Shown: piece after piece, positions 22,201-32,471 of the stretch | Layout of the letters: each line of letters begins with the position of its first letter | How positions within the stretch are numbered: the stretch's first letter is position 1 | Assembly: GCA_020536535.1 (NCBI GenBank) | Contig: JAHLWZ010000811.1 | Coordinates: 1 to 64,000 of the forward strand | Length of the DNA: 64,000 nucleotides | Source of the DNA: Pelomyxa schiedti | Lineage: Eukaryota; Protista; Evosea | Reading direction: 5' to 3' | Notes under the pieces: model-generated | What the model was told of the DNA's origin: nothing | Database searches by the model: none | What the model saw: the letters and a program-made list of their open reading frames with translations, nothing else | Program-made: the position numbers and the translations under genes

Positions 22201-23859
22201 TTCGACCGATTCTAATTTGGTTTCCCTTGGAATAGGTGTACACTCTGGCTTTTCTGCTTCCAGCTCAGAAGTTAGATTTGCATCGGAATGTGGTTCCAGT
22301 AATTGGTCTACTGGCGATATTTCTTTCATTGATGGTTGTTGCTCTGCTAGAGGCTTCACGGTTTCTAGTGCCTGGTTTAGACTGCAGTCTGTATGGAGAG
22401 TATGTTCTTGTTCTAGCGTGCATGGCTGTTTGAAAAGCGCTTCTTCTTTTTGTTCTGGAAGGTGTTGGTAATCATTTGTTTCAGTTGGTTTTTCATCATT
22501 GGCAGCAGCGAACTTCTCTTGTAGTTCCTTTGTAGGGGTGTTCTCCACTATTTGTGTCGGAGGTAGCGTTGTACTTGATTCATGAGTCAACTCATGGCTC
22601 TCTGTCGGTGTGTTAAGCACGTCTGAATTCGTTAGTATTGGCTTTGCAAGAGGCTCGTGATCCACTTTTACTGTACAGGGAGGAATGACCGCTATGCTGC
22701 CTGGAGCACAGTATTCCTGTCCTTCGATTGGGTGGCTAGGGGAACTGGAATGTTCCTTGTCATCGTGGACTAAGGGTTGCGCGATTTTTGGTTTCTTTGG
22801 CAGAGGAGAATTTGTATCAGGTGGTATATTTTCACTTGACTCCATAACCTGCTTGTGGGGAAGTACAACCTCAACGTCTTCTGCGGCCGTAGTTTTTTGG
22901 TGATGGGCTTTCTTTTGTTTTTTGTGCACCTTGAGTACCGAATGCGCTGGGGCATCTGAAGGACTAGTAATATTCTCCGTGATCGCGCAGGTAGTGGTGC
23001 CCTCTGAAGGTGCAGATACTGGCTGAATACCGGCTACTTCCCGCTCACAAATTGGTGCGGCAGTTAAAGGAGCGGCAGCTGTTTTCTCAGAAACTCCACA
23101 CGAAACGGTATTCGACGCGCCCGTTGTGTCCCGGCGCGCCGCCTCGCCCTCATCAGTCCCCTCAGCAGCTCCATCAGCACCCAACTTGTCAGCAAACTCG
23201 TCATCGAAGTAGGCCTCGCCGACAGCCTCGGCCTCCGCGCCGGGCTTTTTGGCCTGGCCGGGCATATGGGTGAGGCTCCTCCTCGGCTGCGGCGCCGCAG
23301 GCACGAAGACTGCGGGGCACGGGGCGCCGTTGTCCACGTCGATGGTGTCGACGGCGACGGGCCTGTGGGCAGGGCGGAAGCCCGCCCCCGACCACGTCGC
23401 GTCGTACTCCCACCACTCCTCCGTGTCGTCCACGAGCTCCCCGCTGCGGTGCTGCTGGGGCTGGTCAATCCGCGTCCGCGTCACGCCGTCGCGGCGGCGC
23501 GACTTGTTCACGCGTCGGAGGGCGGCCGTGGAGCCCGTGCTGCTACTACTAGTAGTAGTGGTAGTGGTGGTAGTGGTGGTGGCAGTTCCAGTTGCAGTTG
23601 CAGTTGCATTGGCAGTTACGGGTGCGGGGTTGTTGGTCTCACTGCGAGATTCTGTCACCTCGGGTTTGGTAACAGCTGGGGTAGGAATGGTCGACGACGA
23701 GGTGTCGGGGTGTGGGGCGGAGCCAACTTGGGGCTGTGGTGAGGGTGCCGATTTGCGACGGAGGACCAGTCTAATGACCCACAAGCACAAACGTAGGGCA
23801 CCCGCCAGTGCCGGACATAAAAACCTAACAACGGCATACAACACGCGCCTAACTCCCAT
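19270..23859 (-). CDS. 1529-aa intronless Pro/Glu/Thr-rich disordered protein with C-terminal CapZIP/FAM21-like repeats and a CPI-like motif
   Basis: Single long ORF with an A-rich leader and hydrophobic N-terminus. Three KP(M/A)PGKL..L.LDPT.M.PG repeats, then the terminal KPTMATRPKGPANRRPPT. Confidence 0.85.
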   Translation of the reverse strand: MGVRRVLYAVVRFLCPALAGALRLCLWVIRLVLRRKSAPSPQPQVGSAPHPDTSSSTIPTPAVTKPEVTESRSETNNPAPVTANATATATGTATTTTTTTTTTSSSSTGSTAALRRVNKSRRRDGVTRTRIDQPQQHRSGELVDDTEEWWEYDATWSGAGFRPAHRPVAVDTIDVDNGAPCPAVFVPAAPQPRRSLTHMPGQAKKPGAEAEAVGEAYFDDEFADKLGADGAAEGTDEGEAARRDTTGASNTVSCGVSEKTAAAPLTAAPICEREVAGIQPVSAPSEGTTTCAITENITSPSDAPAHSVLKVHKKQKKAHHQKTTAAEDVEVVLPHKQVMESSENIPPDTNSPLPKKPKIAQPLVHDDKEHSSSPSHPIEGQEYCAPGSIAVIPPCTVKVDHEPLAKPILTNSDVLNTPTESHELTHESSTTLPPTQIVENTPTKELQEKFAAANDEKPTETNDYQHLPEQKEEALFKQPCTLEQEHTLHTDCSLNQALETVKPLAEQQPSMKEISPVDQLLEPHSDANLTSELEAEKPECTPIPRETKLESVESLQEVNLVLLGNEDLKLGSDLNSALSTAQKPEPEPERAVGDKLTEITESAVKSQTQEPLQVLEPETTFKLEPEVIEQKNETPGEFVQKTDQECVNQDSVQQPGQEGPPPEPAEDEFVESDFKPVSEPEIKLEDTLEEERKPVPELTCDLTPTTPEPEIQFKPETPLDSLNPKQEPVFDPVADNKQKQEIISETVPVPVPVLEPETEPVPVPAPNPVGELVPESQPSSEETAILEAEKNIGATQIASHETESAQVHEPPNADFDPTQETLHELGAEPPRNSEEEQGFSDSREKRLCEPIADVLHQPSTSSEDITVSPNHQEPKEENPVETKLERNVEVVPNVPEVLPLELNIPPEIQLKDTETNELIAPEPETKSATQVGENSPVDMADRYTEPKEQKLDSQDTDDLSPAPQQTIEGGTMEPEPHSTELGSDSAQGSACIVEGQTTPTEIREHSPESGASPQPTPEQVQPELGNLDEVDRRRSEDEPEVPPEPVKVLTPDKEVALQTEQKPKEELPNQLVDFAGEKPLELTPVGEIEQATETELKPTEEAQPNLQSQQVPELHSEPLAEVLPPLQPAEDPTLLHQEAETISISPQTPESPVSSLESQSVNPPDIEKEQPAPNTAAPNEVVEAKSISEETHEHEELEVNMEVNQKLQTEPEITIAPSELELKSLPSQTEQLGPNVDPVPISDQKIEPEAEQVPTKEEVPKAEDMPEQESVPAPEVEQNLIPEKDNTPVESPKVPVITNPSSGIEPTESQQASEPLSLTGELPSPPQSVSKPMPGKLKLPVGLDPTKMIPGMVPPMQQLKKETQSTSSPSAEGDTQPPPAKPMPGKLKLPLGLDPTKMRPGMAPPMRQLKKETQPAPPSAPEDEPQQQEPVAKPAPGKLQIKLNLDPTRMLPGSRSPSLSQIKKAKATSAAAEPPQPPAEDAETDSHITDTVDSPPQHSTSVPNDSKPTMATRPKGPANRRPPTNRHHS
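19620..19870. repeat. Coding direct repeat, ~100-bp unit with 150-bp period
   Basis: 19620-19720 and 19770-19870 are near-identical (tgtttctttcttgagttg...cttcaactttccaggcattggtttg) and encode the first two C-terminal motif repeats. Confidence 0.9.
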
Positions 23860-24020
23860 CTTTCTTCTTTGTGGCTGCTTTTTTTCGTTTTTTGTTGTTT
23901 TTGAGCTCCGTGATTATCGACGAAAGAAAAGACGGTTGGAGGGGCGCAAAACGGGGCAAAGCACAAGCCACGGCACCAGAAGAGGGCCAGGGCGAGCCGG
24001 GGGACGTAGGAGAGGAGATT

Positions 24021-24673
24021 ATGGGTCTCGCAAAGTCGCCGTGACCTACGCCAACGGGGCCACGTACGTCGGCCCGGTCGACGCCGAGGGCGAGCGCCAC
24101 GGCTTCGGCACCCTCACCTACGCCAACGGCGACGTCTACCGCGGCGGCTTCTCCCGCGGGCGCCGGCACGGCCCCGGCGGCGAGCTGCTCTTCGCCCGCG
24201 GCGGCTGGCACCGCGGGGCCTTCCGCGGCAACCGCGCCCGCGGCCCCGGGCGCGCCGCCTACCCGTGCGGCGCTGCCTACGCCGGCGCCTTCGCCGCGGA
24301 CCTCCCGCACGGCGAGGGGGTCCTGGCCACCTGCGGGGCGAGGCTCCCGCCTCACGAGCCGTGCTTCGCGCTTTGCGTCGACGGCGGGAGAGGGAGAGGG
24401 AGAGGGCGCGGGCGGGGAGTCGGGGGGGAGGCCGAGGGGGTTGTTTACAGGGGGCAGTTTGTGAGGGGGCGGGCGCATGGGAGGGGGTCGGTGGACAGGG
24501 CGAGGGACGGGGCGCGCTTGGTGGCTGCGGGGTTGTTCGACTCTGGAATGTATGTGGGGGACGCCACCAGCGCCTCGTTGGGGGATGATGAGGGAGCTAC
24601 CGCAGTCTCTGTGGAAGAAGGGAGGGAGGACGAGGATGAGGACGAGGGGGACTGCATGGGTGGTCATGAATAA
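24021..24673 (+). CDS. MORN-repeat protein (start codon unresolved)
   Basis: Repeats such as YANGATYVGPVDAEGERHGFGTL, YANGDVYRGGFSRGRRHGPG and YPCGAAYAGAFAADLPHGEG, then an acidic tail. The nearest ATG (24021) is out of frame. Confidence 0.8.
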
Positions 24674-25006
24674 AGATGGATGGACCATGAAGCATTACAC
24701 TACCTTCAATAAATTCTCTCATCTCTGAGTTGGGGAAAAAAACATCTCCATGATATATCTAGATGATAGTGGCACTGGCAATTATTACAGCCCTGTTCTC
24801 TGGTCCCACATCTCACTCACAACCATGTCCACTTACCGAAGTTCACAATCAGTACAAGAAGCGGAACCTGTTGCACACAAAGCTCGCCTCAACGAAAACC
24901 ACGACCTAACGGATACCCAAGTCTTGCTTTAAAAGTTGAAAATAAATTTTTTCTTTTAAAAGAAGAGGGTTTCTTCGTAGTCTACGATTTGCCCACGGTT
25001 CGGGTG

Positions 25007-27154
25007 TCAAGAAAACTGAGCCCAAGGTTGTGTGGTTGGTCCTAACAAAACAATAAGGCAAGACTGTAACAGAGTGAGGCAATATACCATATTGTGAGTA
25101 GTCAAAAGTATTCATCATTGACTGTGCTGGTGGGTGAAGAAGAGATGGGTCCAGTTGCCCTATTTGGCCATCTCCTTCCAGGAGAGGCGCTTCATGCAAC
25201 GGTGCTTGTTGTGGTGGAGCAAGGTGTTGAAGGGATGGTTGAATCTGCTGGGTGGGAGGTAATTGTGGGGGTTGTTGTGAAGGATTCAGTGGCGAAGGCT
25301 GAAGTGCTGGGGGTATTTGTGGGGGAAGCTGGTTTTGGTCTGGAGGTAAAGTGCTCTGGCGCATTTGAGGTGCATTCTGTGGGTGTGTCTGTTGTGCTTG
25401 AAGTTGAGATTGCTGAGAAGCCAATGATTGGTCGACAGATGACGAACTTGCATTGGTGATGCCCTAATTTGGATAAGTTGGAATTTGGAAAATGGGGTTG
25501 TATGTACTGTAGGAGGCGGAGAATTAAGAAGGGGTGAGAGTGTTGGCGCAACAGGTTCGAAATTGGGCAATAGTTGTTGGTTGTCCACCTGCCACAAAAT
25601 GAGTGCGCGTGCCCAAAAGAATTTGTGTACACACGTCTACAGCTTTGGTTTCACCAAAATTAACTGGTGGTGTGGGTGGCAAATCATCGAACTCCGATAA
25701 TGTCCGTACATCCACAGAATCAGCAATCCTATCAAATGTTACCTGGTTAAATTACTTCATTATAGACAGGTCATACAATTTGCGCACACCTCTGTCTTTT
25801 GGGAGCCGGTTGCTGATATTGCATCGCGGGTATGGTATCAGGTTTGGGAGGAACAGGTGCAGTGAGAGCATCCAGAGGTGGTTGATAGACGGGATAGGAC
25901 GGTTGGCTTGTCACATCATAGATTGGTTCCGAGGGAGGATGATAAGTATTGCTAGATCTCTGGGGCAGAGTTTCATACAAATGCTGTTTGGGACTAAGGT
26001 ATACAATTATCACATAAGAACACACCTTCATTTTAGGCTTCAAAAGGTCAATGCTTGAGAGTGTCCTTTTTAGATCCTAATGAAAAACAGTCATTACTTA
26101 TAAACTGTTGTTGTACGTGCCTGTGTAATTATCTGATGATCACTGATTAGCTTTTGTTGTAGGGCCAATTCTTCTGAGAGAAGGCTTGCAAGTTTCATTC
26201 TCTGGGAAATATTGTCGTCAATACATGTACTGTACTCTTCTGTAACTTTGATTGCGTCATCAAGTGCTTGAGCTAATTCTGCAATATCTTCCTGACCTAA
26301 AAATATGAGCACTAAATTGCTGAGATACAATAGGAACATGTTGCAGATGGTAGATGCTCTCCAGTTATAATTGTGCGTGGGATTTGACGGTATTTATCAG
26401 AGTGCATCTGAAGCATGGACTCGGTTGCTTCCACATTCATAAGTGCTGCCGCAATAGGATGCTTGCTTGCTTGCTTTGTTGTGTTAATGGATTGAAGTAG
26501 TAGTGGAATACATACAGGTGAAGGCATCCGTTGATCTGTCTACAATATGTACTCTTAGTTTTTACTTTATTTATGTCTGGTAGAACATACCCCAAATTTG
26601 CCCAGTACTGATCGCAAGTCACGTATAAATTCAGGGGGAAAAACACTTCGATCCTCCCAAATCTGCACAATTCGAGAAATTTGTCGCCTGATATCGGGAT
26701 CAACTTCCCTGAAAGGAGTAAAATGCAACACGCGATAGTCTTCATAAATTTGACCTGGATACATGAGCCAGGGCATCCGGTAGAAAGCGGCCAAATTCCT
26801 TGATGAAATCGGGTCCCTTGCGACGGCTGTTTTGCAACACATCATTAGCCAGATACAAGTACAAGAGTTTTCTGTCAGGTTGAGCTAATGCAGAAGTTAT
26901 GTGAGGTCTACACCTTGCAGGTAAAAAAAAAAAAAAAGTAAACCAGCAAAGAGCTCCCTGTTCCATATATGAGCACTCTCAGAGGCCCTTTTTCGGTGGA
27001 AGCAAATCCAATGCGACAACGCTGTTTCCGTAGTTGAGAACGAGCCAAAGAGGAAGGGAAAAAAAAGGAGATCCGTTGTACTTTGGATGCTCTCCTGCGT
27101 GCCGTTCATATGGTTGAATTTATCGAGCAAAACACTCTCAGAGTAGGCCGCCAT
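25007..27154 (-). CDS. RNA Pol II CTD-interacting-domain (CID) protein, RPRD1/Rtt103-like, with coiled coil and Pro/Gln-rich tail
   Basis: MAAYSESVLLDKF..TQESIQ..LSHWICFHRK, RKLLYLYLANDVLQNSRRKG and RIVQIWEDRSVF are CID hallmarks. The 3' exons were joined by eye and the 3' end is approximate. Confidence 0.8.
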
Positions 27155-27243
27155 CGCCTCTGTCCCCTCTTGTTTTTTAAATAAATAAATAAAAAAACTA
27201 AATCTCGGCCGATCTGGACCTCATAACGATCAAAACACAAAAG

Positions 27244-28666
27244 ATGCGTGGAGTCTACAACAAGTTGCTGGAGGAGAGGAAGACGTCAGTTACCCCCGCC
27301 GTCCCCTCGCCCTCTGTGGTCGCCCCCTCGAGGTCCACCTTGGGTGGTGGGGGTGCCCCGGCGGCGCCGCGGGCAGGAGGAGGCCCCCCGCAGCCGCAGC
27401 CACAGCCACAGCGGCAGGCACAACAGGGCGCAGCGGAGGAGCAGGGGAAGCAGGGAGCGGGGAGCGGGGAAGGCCCGGGGCAGCAGCAGCAGCAACAGCA
27501 GGCGGCCAAGCCGAGGCAGGTCAAGAAGAGGACCCAGCTGACCCTGGAAATGCTGGCCACCCCGCAGCTGGGCCTCCCCGCCTTGTTGGGTGCGCTAAAG
27601 GAGTTCAAGGCCCCCGCCAAGCCCAAGTGCTACGAGGACGAAGAGGGCCTGCGGCTGGGGCTGGGGCTGGGGCTGGACCAGAACGAGAAGGAGGGGGGAG
27701 AGGGAGAAGGAGAAGGGGAAGGGGGACGCGGGGGGCTGGGGATAGCGAGCGGGGCAGAGGTGGCGGAGCAAAGGGGGGCACTGAGGATGCTGGTCAGGCA
27801 GTATGAGGCCTGGGGGGCTTCTGTGTGCCAGAACATGCCCCTCGACACTCTCGTGGCCCAGCTGGAGAAGCTGACTCCCAGTCTCAAGGTGTGTGTCTAT
27901 GTGAGAGATGTTTGTGTTTGTTTTGCTTTTCCTTTTTAAATTATGTGTGGTCACATTTATCAGATAATGGTGGCAAATATTGAACAGGGGCTTGATCCTC
28001 TTAATGGAACAGGTAACTCTCCTCTCCCAAGTAATTATGGGAAATTTATGACCCTAAGAAAATGAAGAAAAGGCAGAAAATGGGTTTGTTGTTTCACACC
28101 TTCTGATACAATTTTCCCTGCTTTACCTTTTTTTTTTCTGATTTGCCCCCTCCCCCTCCCTTCCTTTTCTTTCATCTTTCAGCTGAATTAAATCCTTTTA
28201 ATTTCTTTATTTTATTGTTATGTTCGTTTACAGACTCAGACCATTGGATCTACCTTCTGAGTCACCGCTTGTCACTACGGAGCCCACAGAACCTGCGATC
28301 GGCTCCGCATCAATTCCTTCTGGCCCAACTACTGACTCCACGGAACCTATTGCTGTCTCAAATCCAGAAAAACCCCCAACTAACAAGCCAAAAAAAACAA
28401 AAAAACCCAAACCCATAACAAAGCCACGACGCAAAACCAATGCCCCATCACCACAAGAAACACCAAACCAAAGTGAAAGGGATGCTGATTCTACAGAACA
28501 ATCCACAGCAATCACACAACCACAAAAGAGGTCACCACCCACAACACAAGAACCTTCCAACAGCATCACACACACTGAAACTGACCAAGCCACAACAAAT
28601 TCCACTGATGTCCCAGCCACACCTTCAAGAAAAAGACGTCTGGTTAGACATTCCACCCAATCATAA
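27244..28666 (+). CDS. TIPIN: TIMELESS-interacting protein (Tipin/Swi3/Csm3)
   Basis: KKRTQLTLEMLATPQLGLPALL...LRMLVRQYEAWGASVCQNMPLDTLVAQLEKL matches the Swi3 domain pattern. Low-complexity N- and C-termini. Confidence 0.65.
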
Positions 28667-28740
28667 TTTGTTTCTTGTTGTGAAACAAACACAGAGAATC
28701 CAAAAATCAACTGCAGTTTATGCAAGTACGAGGCAAACCA

Positions 28741-28765
28741 AGAAAAGAAAAGAAAAGAAAAGAAA
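28741..28765 (+). repeat. (AGAAA)5 microsatellite
   Basis: Direct reading of the sequence. Confidence 0.9.
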
Positions 28766-28779
28766 AAATAAGCCAATAC

Positions 28780-29298
28780 AGCACCTCATAGAGTTGCTGA
28801 ATTCTTTGGTTTGTGCAACAAAATTACAACAAAAAGCCAACTGTTGCTGGTTACCAGGTGCCATTTCAATAGATCAATGAGATTGAGCCGGAGGAGACAA
28901 TGGTGGTGGGTCTCTGATAACAACAACAGCGTGTGTTACGTTTTGTACCTAAACCGTGTATCCTGGACTTAGTTATGGGAACACACAAATGACCTTTACT
29001 AGTACAGAATATATTGGTTGCAGACACACACCGTCGGTAGCACAGGGATGATGAAGTTGGAGTAAATGCTCGACTTGAGCACAAAGTACCCGTCGCGCGA
29101 CTTGGCCACGCCAAACGCGTGCCTCTTCCTCTCCTCGGGCGTCTTTTGTTGTTGCTGTTGCTGTTGTTGTTGTTGGGCGGGAGGTTGTTGCTGCTGAGGC
29201 ATCGGGTGGCCTGTTTTGGGTCCAACGTGGGGCCGCCGGTGTGGCCTCATTGGGGACTGGTTGGTGCCTCCTTGTGGCGGTGGTTGTGGCTGCTGCAT
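28780..29298 (-). CDS. Small Gln/Pro-rich hypothetical protein (exon structure uncertain)
   Basis: ATG 29298 begins MQQPQPPPQGG...QQQQ KTPEERKRHAFGVAKSRDG, followed by several plausible GT-AG junctions. Downstream frames are ambiguous. Confidence 0.4.
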
Positions 29299-29543
29299 AA
29301 TTGTGGGTGCGTTGTTGCGCCACACCTTGAGAACAATAAGGTGATGGAAGCTTGGAGTCCATGTTGCTACAAAGAGGCAAGACCACAGACAGACAGCGAC
29401 CAGCATAACCCCCAAAGTGTCATAGTGACGTCTGAGGGATTGGTGTCAGAGTCTGAGTGACCAACCCGTCTCAACTTGGGAATTTCCAGGTGTTCTTCGC
29501 GGAAGAGCCAGTTTCTTCTTATTTTCGCAAGGCGTTGGGGGAG

Positions 29544-30618
29544 ATGTCGTCGTGTCCGGTGTGTCGTAAGTGGTTGAACAACGACTTGCGGAACTCGGGT
29601 ATAAACAGGCACATTGACGAGTGCTTGAACACGTAAGTGCCATATCAGCGACTGGGATCTCATTTCTTTTGGGGGTTGCTTAGCGCTATGCGAATCACGA
29701 CTCTTATGTTGAAATATAAAGCACGTTTCTGCAAGAAGAAGACGCTCATAAGCACCCGCACCTGGGCGCCGCTGCGCCGGACGCAAATACACAACACCCA
29801 ACTGACGGCACGTCCGTAGATACAAATGTGGTGTCAATAATCGCTAATGCCCATGGCGATGCACAGCAGAGTAATACTTCATCAACTAATGAAGCAGCTA
29901 CGCAGCCGCCTCCGCTGCGTGGAGAAGGAGAAGAGGATCCTAGTACAGGGTACTTTTAACTTTCGCTTCTCTCCTGCACTCATTTTTCCCCCGCCAAAAA
30001 AACTGTCTGTTTATCTGTAGTGGAGCACTCTCTGTTTCCTGCCCGTTCCCACTTTGTCACTCTGTGTTGGAGGAAAGGTTTTAGACTTGTTACTTTCCCG
30101 TTTATATTGTCAAGTAGCCATTCGACTTTGTCGAGCATGCCTTGACTACCCACGCAACGGAAACACTTTCTATAAGCTGCCCTGTTTGCAAACTTCAAGT
30201 GTGCATAGTGTACAAATACAAACCGCCCACCACCGACATTGACCACAACCATAAAAAAAAGGGGGAGGCACTGCCACCAAGCAACCTGATTGAACACCTC
30301 ACTACTTCTCATGGGGAACTTCTACAACCCGAGGTTGTTGTGCCTGAACTTGGTTCTGGATATGTTGGTAGATGCCATTCACCACCTCCCGGGACAATAG
30401 GCTGCGGGTGAGGGAGCAATTCCACAGCAACTTATTCCTATATAGAACGAACTCTCGATGCACCGGCCGGAGCTGAGTGCTCGATATGCCTTGCAACTCT
30501 GTATACCAACGACGTTGTTGCGACACTAGATTGTTTCTGTATGTTCCACAAAGAATGCATCAACAATTGGTTTGCTAAGCACGGAGCGCGGTCTTGCCCT
30601 CTGCATGAGGCCCATTGA
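29544..30618 (+). CDS. E3 ubiquitin ligase: UBZ4-type zinc finger, Di19-like C2H2 pair and ZNRF-type RING-H2
   Basis: Exon 1 is MSSCPVCRKWLNNDLRNSGINRHIDECLN. Middle exons read CPFPLC..EHALTTH..ISCPVCKLQ..NLIEHLTTSH. The last exon is CSICLATLYTNDVVATLDCFCMFHKECINNWFAKHGARSCPLHEAH*, stop 30616-30618. Confidence 0.8.
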
Positions 30619-30701
30619 ATTCTATTCTATCCAAACCAAACAAAAAAAAAAAGATCTCGCAGATCCAATTTTCAAGATTTCAAAAAAAGGAAATTAAAAA
30701 A

Positions 30702-32471
30702 ATGGCAACGAGTGGCATGCAGATGCAGCCGGTAGCGGTCCAGCCCGGATCTACGACCTCTGTTAGTAACCCTCCGAACACGTTCGCACCCAATGATGCC
30801 AATATGACCGGAAATCCGTCTGTGCCCACGCAACGGCAGGGACGTCCGGGCAGATCTACGAGCCGCGATTCCATGAGCAGGAGCCCTAGCCCACGGGAAA
30901 GGAATTTCAAACGCAGCGCGAGCCCCGGAAGCAAGTCGCACAGTCCCGACAAGTAATTTTTTTCTTGCGATTATATGAAATGGGCGATGCATTGTATTTT
31001 TTTTTTTTTTTTTTCCTTCGTAGAGGACTCATTAGTGATTTAGAAACCTAGACAGTGACAATACCACCATCTATGTTGGAAATTTGGATTACGACTCTAC
31101 CGCCAAGGAAATATAGTAAGAAATCCTCACTTTAAAATGTGTTCTTATTTTTACTTTTCCAGCAAGGAGTTTTCTGAGTTTGGCCCAATAGTTTATACTG
31201 CTATTCCACTGTTTCCTACTGAGACATCCAAAGGTTATGGCTTCATACAATATGCCAAGTAAGAGTAATTCTCCCTTTCCTATTTTACTTAGTTCACATA
31301 GCCCTGCCTCAGCTGAAAAAGCTGTCAAGTTAATGCGTGAGTCAACTTCCTTACTTATTATTCTATGTAATGCGCAATGCATTCAATCGCTGCCTGAATC
31401 GACACACAATCCACACTTCTTTTCTTTCTGAGTGTCCTACAAACGGCTACCAGTTTATTATGTTGCCATATCAATTCATATTCAATTACTTCACTCCTAT
31501 ATACATACTCCATTTTCATTGTTGCATGCCCCTGTACTGCTTTCCCTCCAAAAAGCTTCTCGCTTTCCACAGCTTTAATTCCCTTTGATTCTTTTATAGA
31601 TCAATCGAGATTGCATGGACGTTGTATAACTGTACGCTGGGCCACCCGTGGGGCTCACAGAGGCAGGGTTGATGAATACAGACCGAATCTTGATGGGTAT
31701 TACTGCTCTGTCCTTTGTATTTGGTATTCACACATTGCAATGATTACAGTGAACTTAAGCATGAACGTGACCGGTAATACTTCACTCTATAAAATCGTAA
31801 TGACACATCCAGAATTGTTCGTGTAAGTGGTGATTTGTCACCTGAGCCGCGCAGATTCAGTGGTTATCAAGGCCGACCCCCTTTCCGCCCTGCATTCCGC
31901 CGATCTCGTGCATACTCCAGGTCTCGTTCACGCTCATGGTCTCGTTCAAGGTCGGGGTCGCGTTCGCGTTCACGCTCTTTTTCAAGACGCCGTCGTTCTT
32001 CTTCACGCTCCCGATCTTCACGTTCACGCTCCACCTCACGCTCCCATTCTAGATCGAGGTAACCGAATACATCCCTTTCTTCGTATTAACTCCCACCTCA
32101 GATCACCTCAGATCCCTAAACCAGGCCACCAGTTAACATCCATTGGAACGCAGCCTATGGGCGCAGTTTCCGCTCCCTTACCGCAACAGCCTCAACCAAT
32201 AGTCCAATCTATGCCTTCTGTTGCCCCTGTTCCAATCCCAATGCCGGCAACAACGCCCTTACCTGTGCCAACCATGCCAACCATGCCCATGTCGGCACCT
32301 ATGCCCTCGCCCATGCCACCCACAAACACAACTACACCCACACAATCTGCTGCTCTTCCCCCAACCGCACCACCCCCTGTTAGTTCCCACCACAGTTCCT
32401 CACACCACAACCATGGTCATGGTCACCACCACCATCATTCCTCCCATGATGGTAGGTCACACCGCCACTAG
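30702..32471 (+). CDS. RRM-containing SR-type RNA-binding/splicing factor
   Basis: RNP2 IYVGNLDY and RNP1 KGYGFIQY, a long RS dipeptide tract (31835-32062 frame), and a Pro/His-rich tail. Confidence 0.85.

Noticed and set aside
23249-23900. N-terminal half of the 474-aa plus-strand ORF
   Set aside because: It starts at TTG and is the antisense shadow of the GC-rich 5' end of the 1529-aa gene. Only the MORN part looks coding.
29367-29990. Minus-strand ORFs with protein-like text
   Set aside because: The plus strand carries a clear UBZ zinc finger and continuous spliced frame, so these are antisense artefacts.
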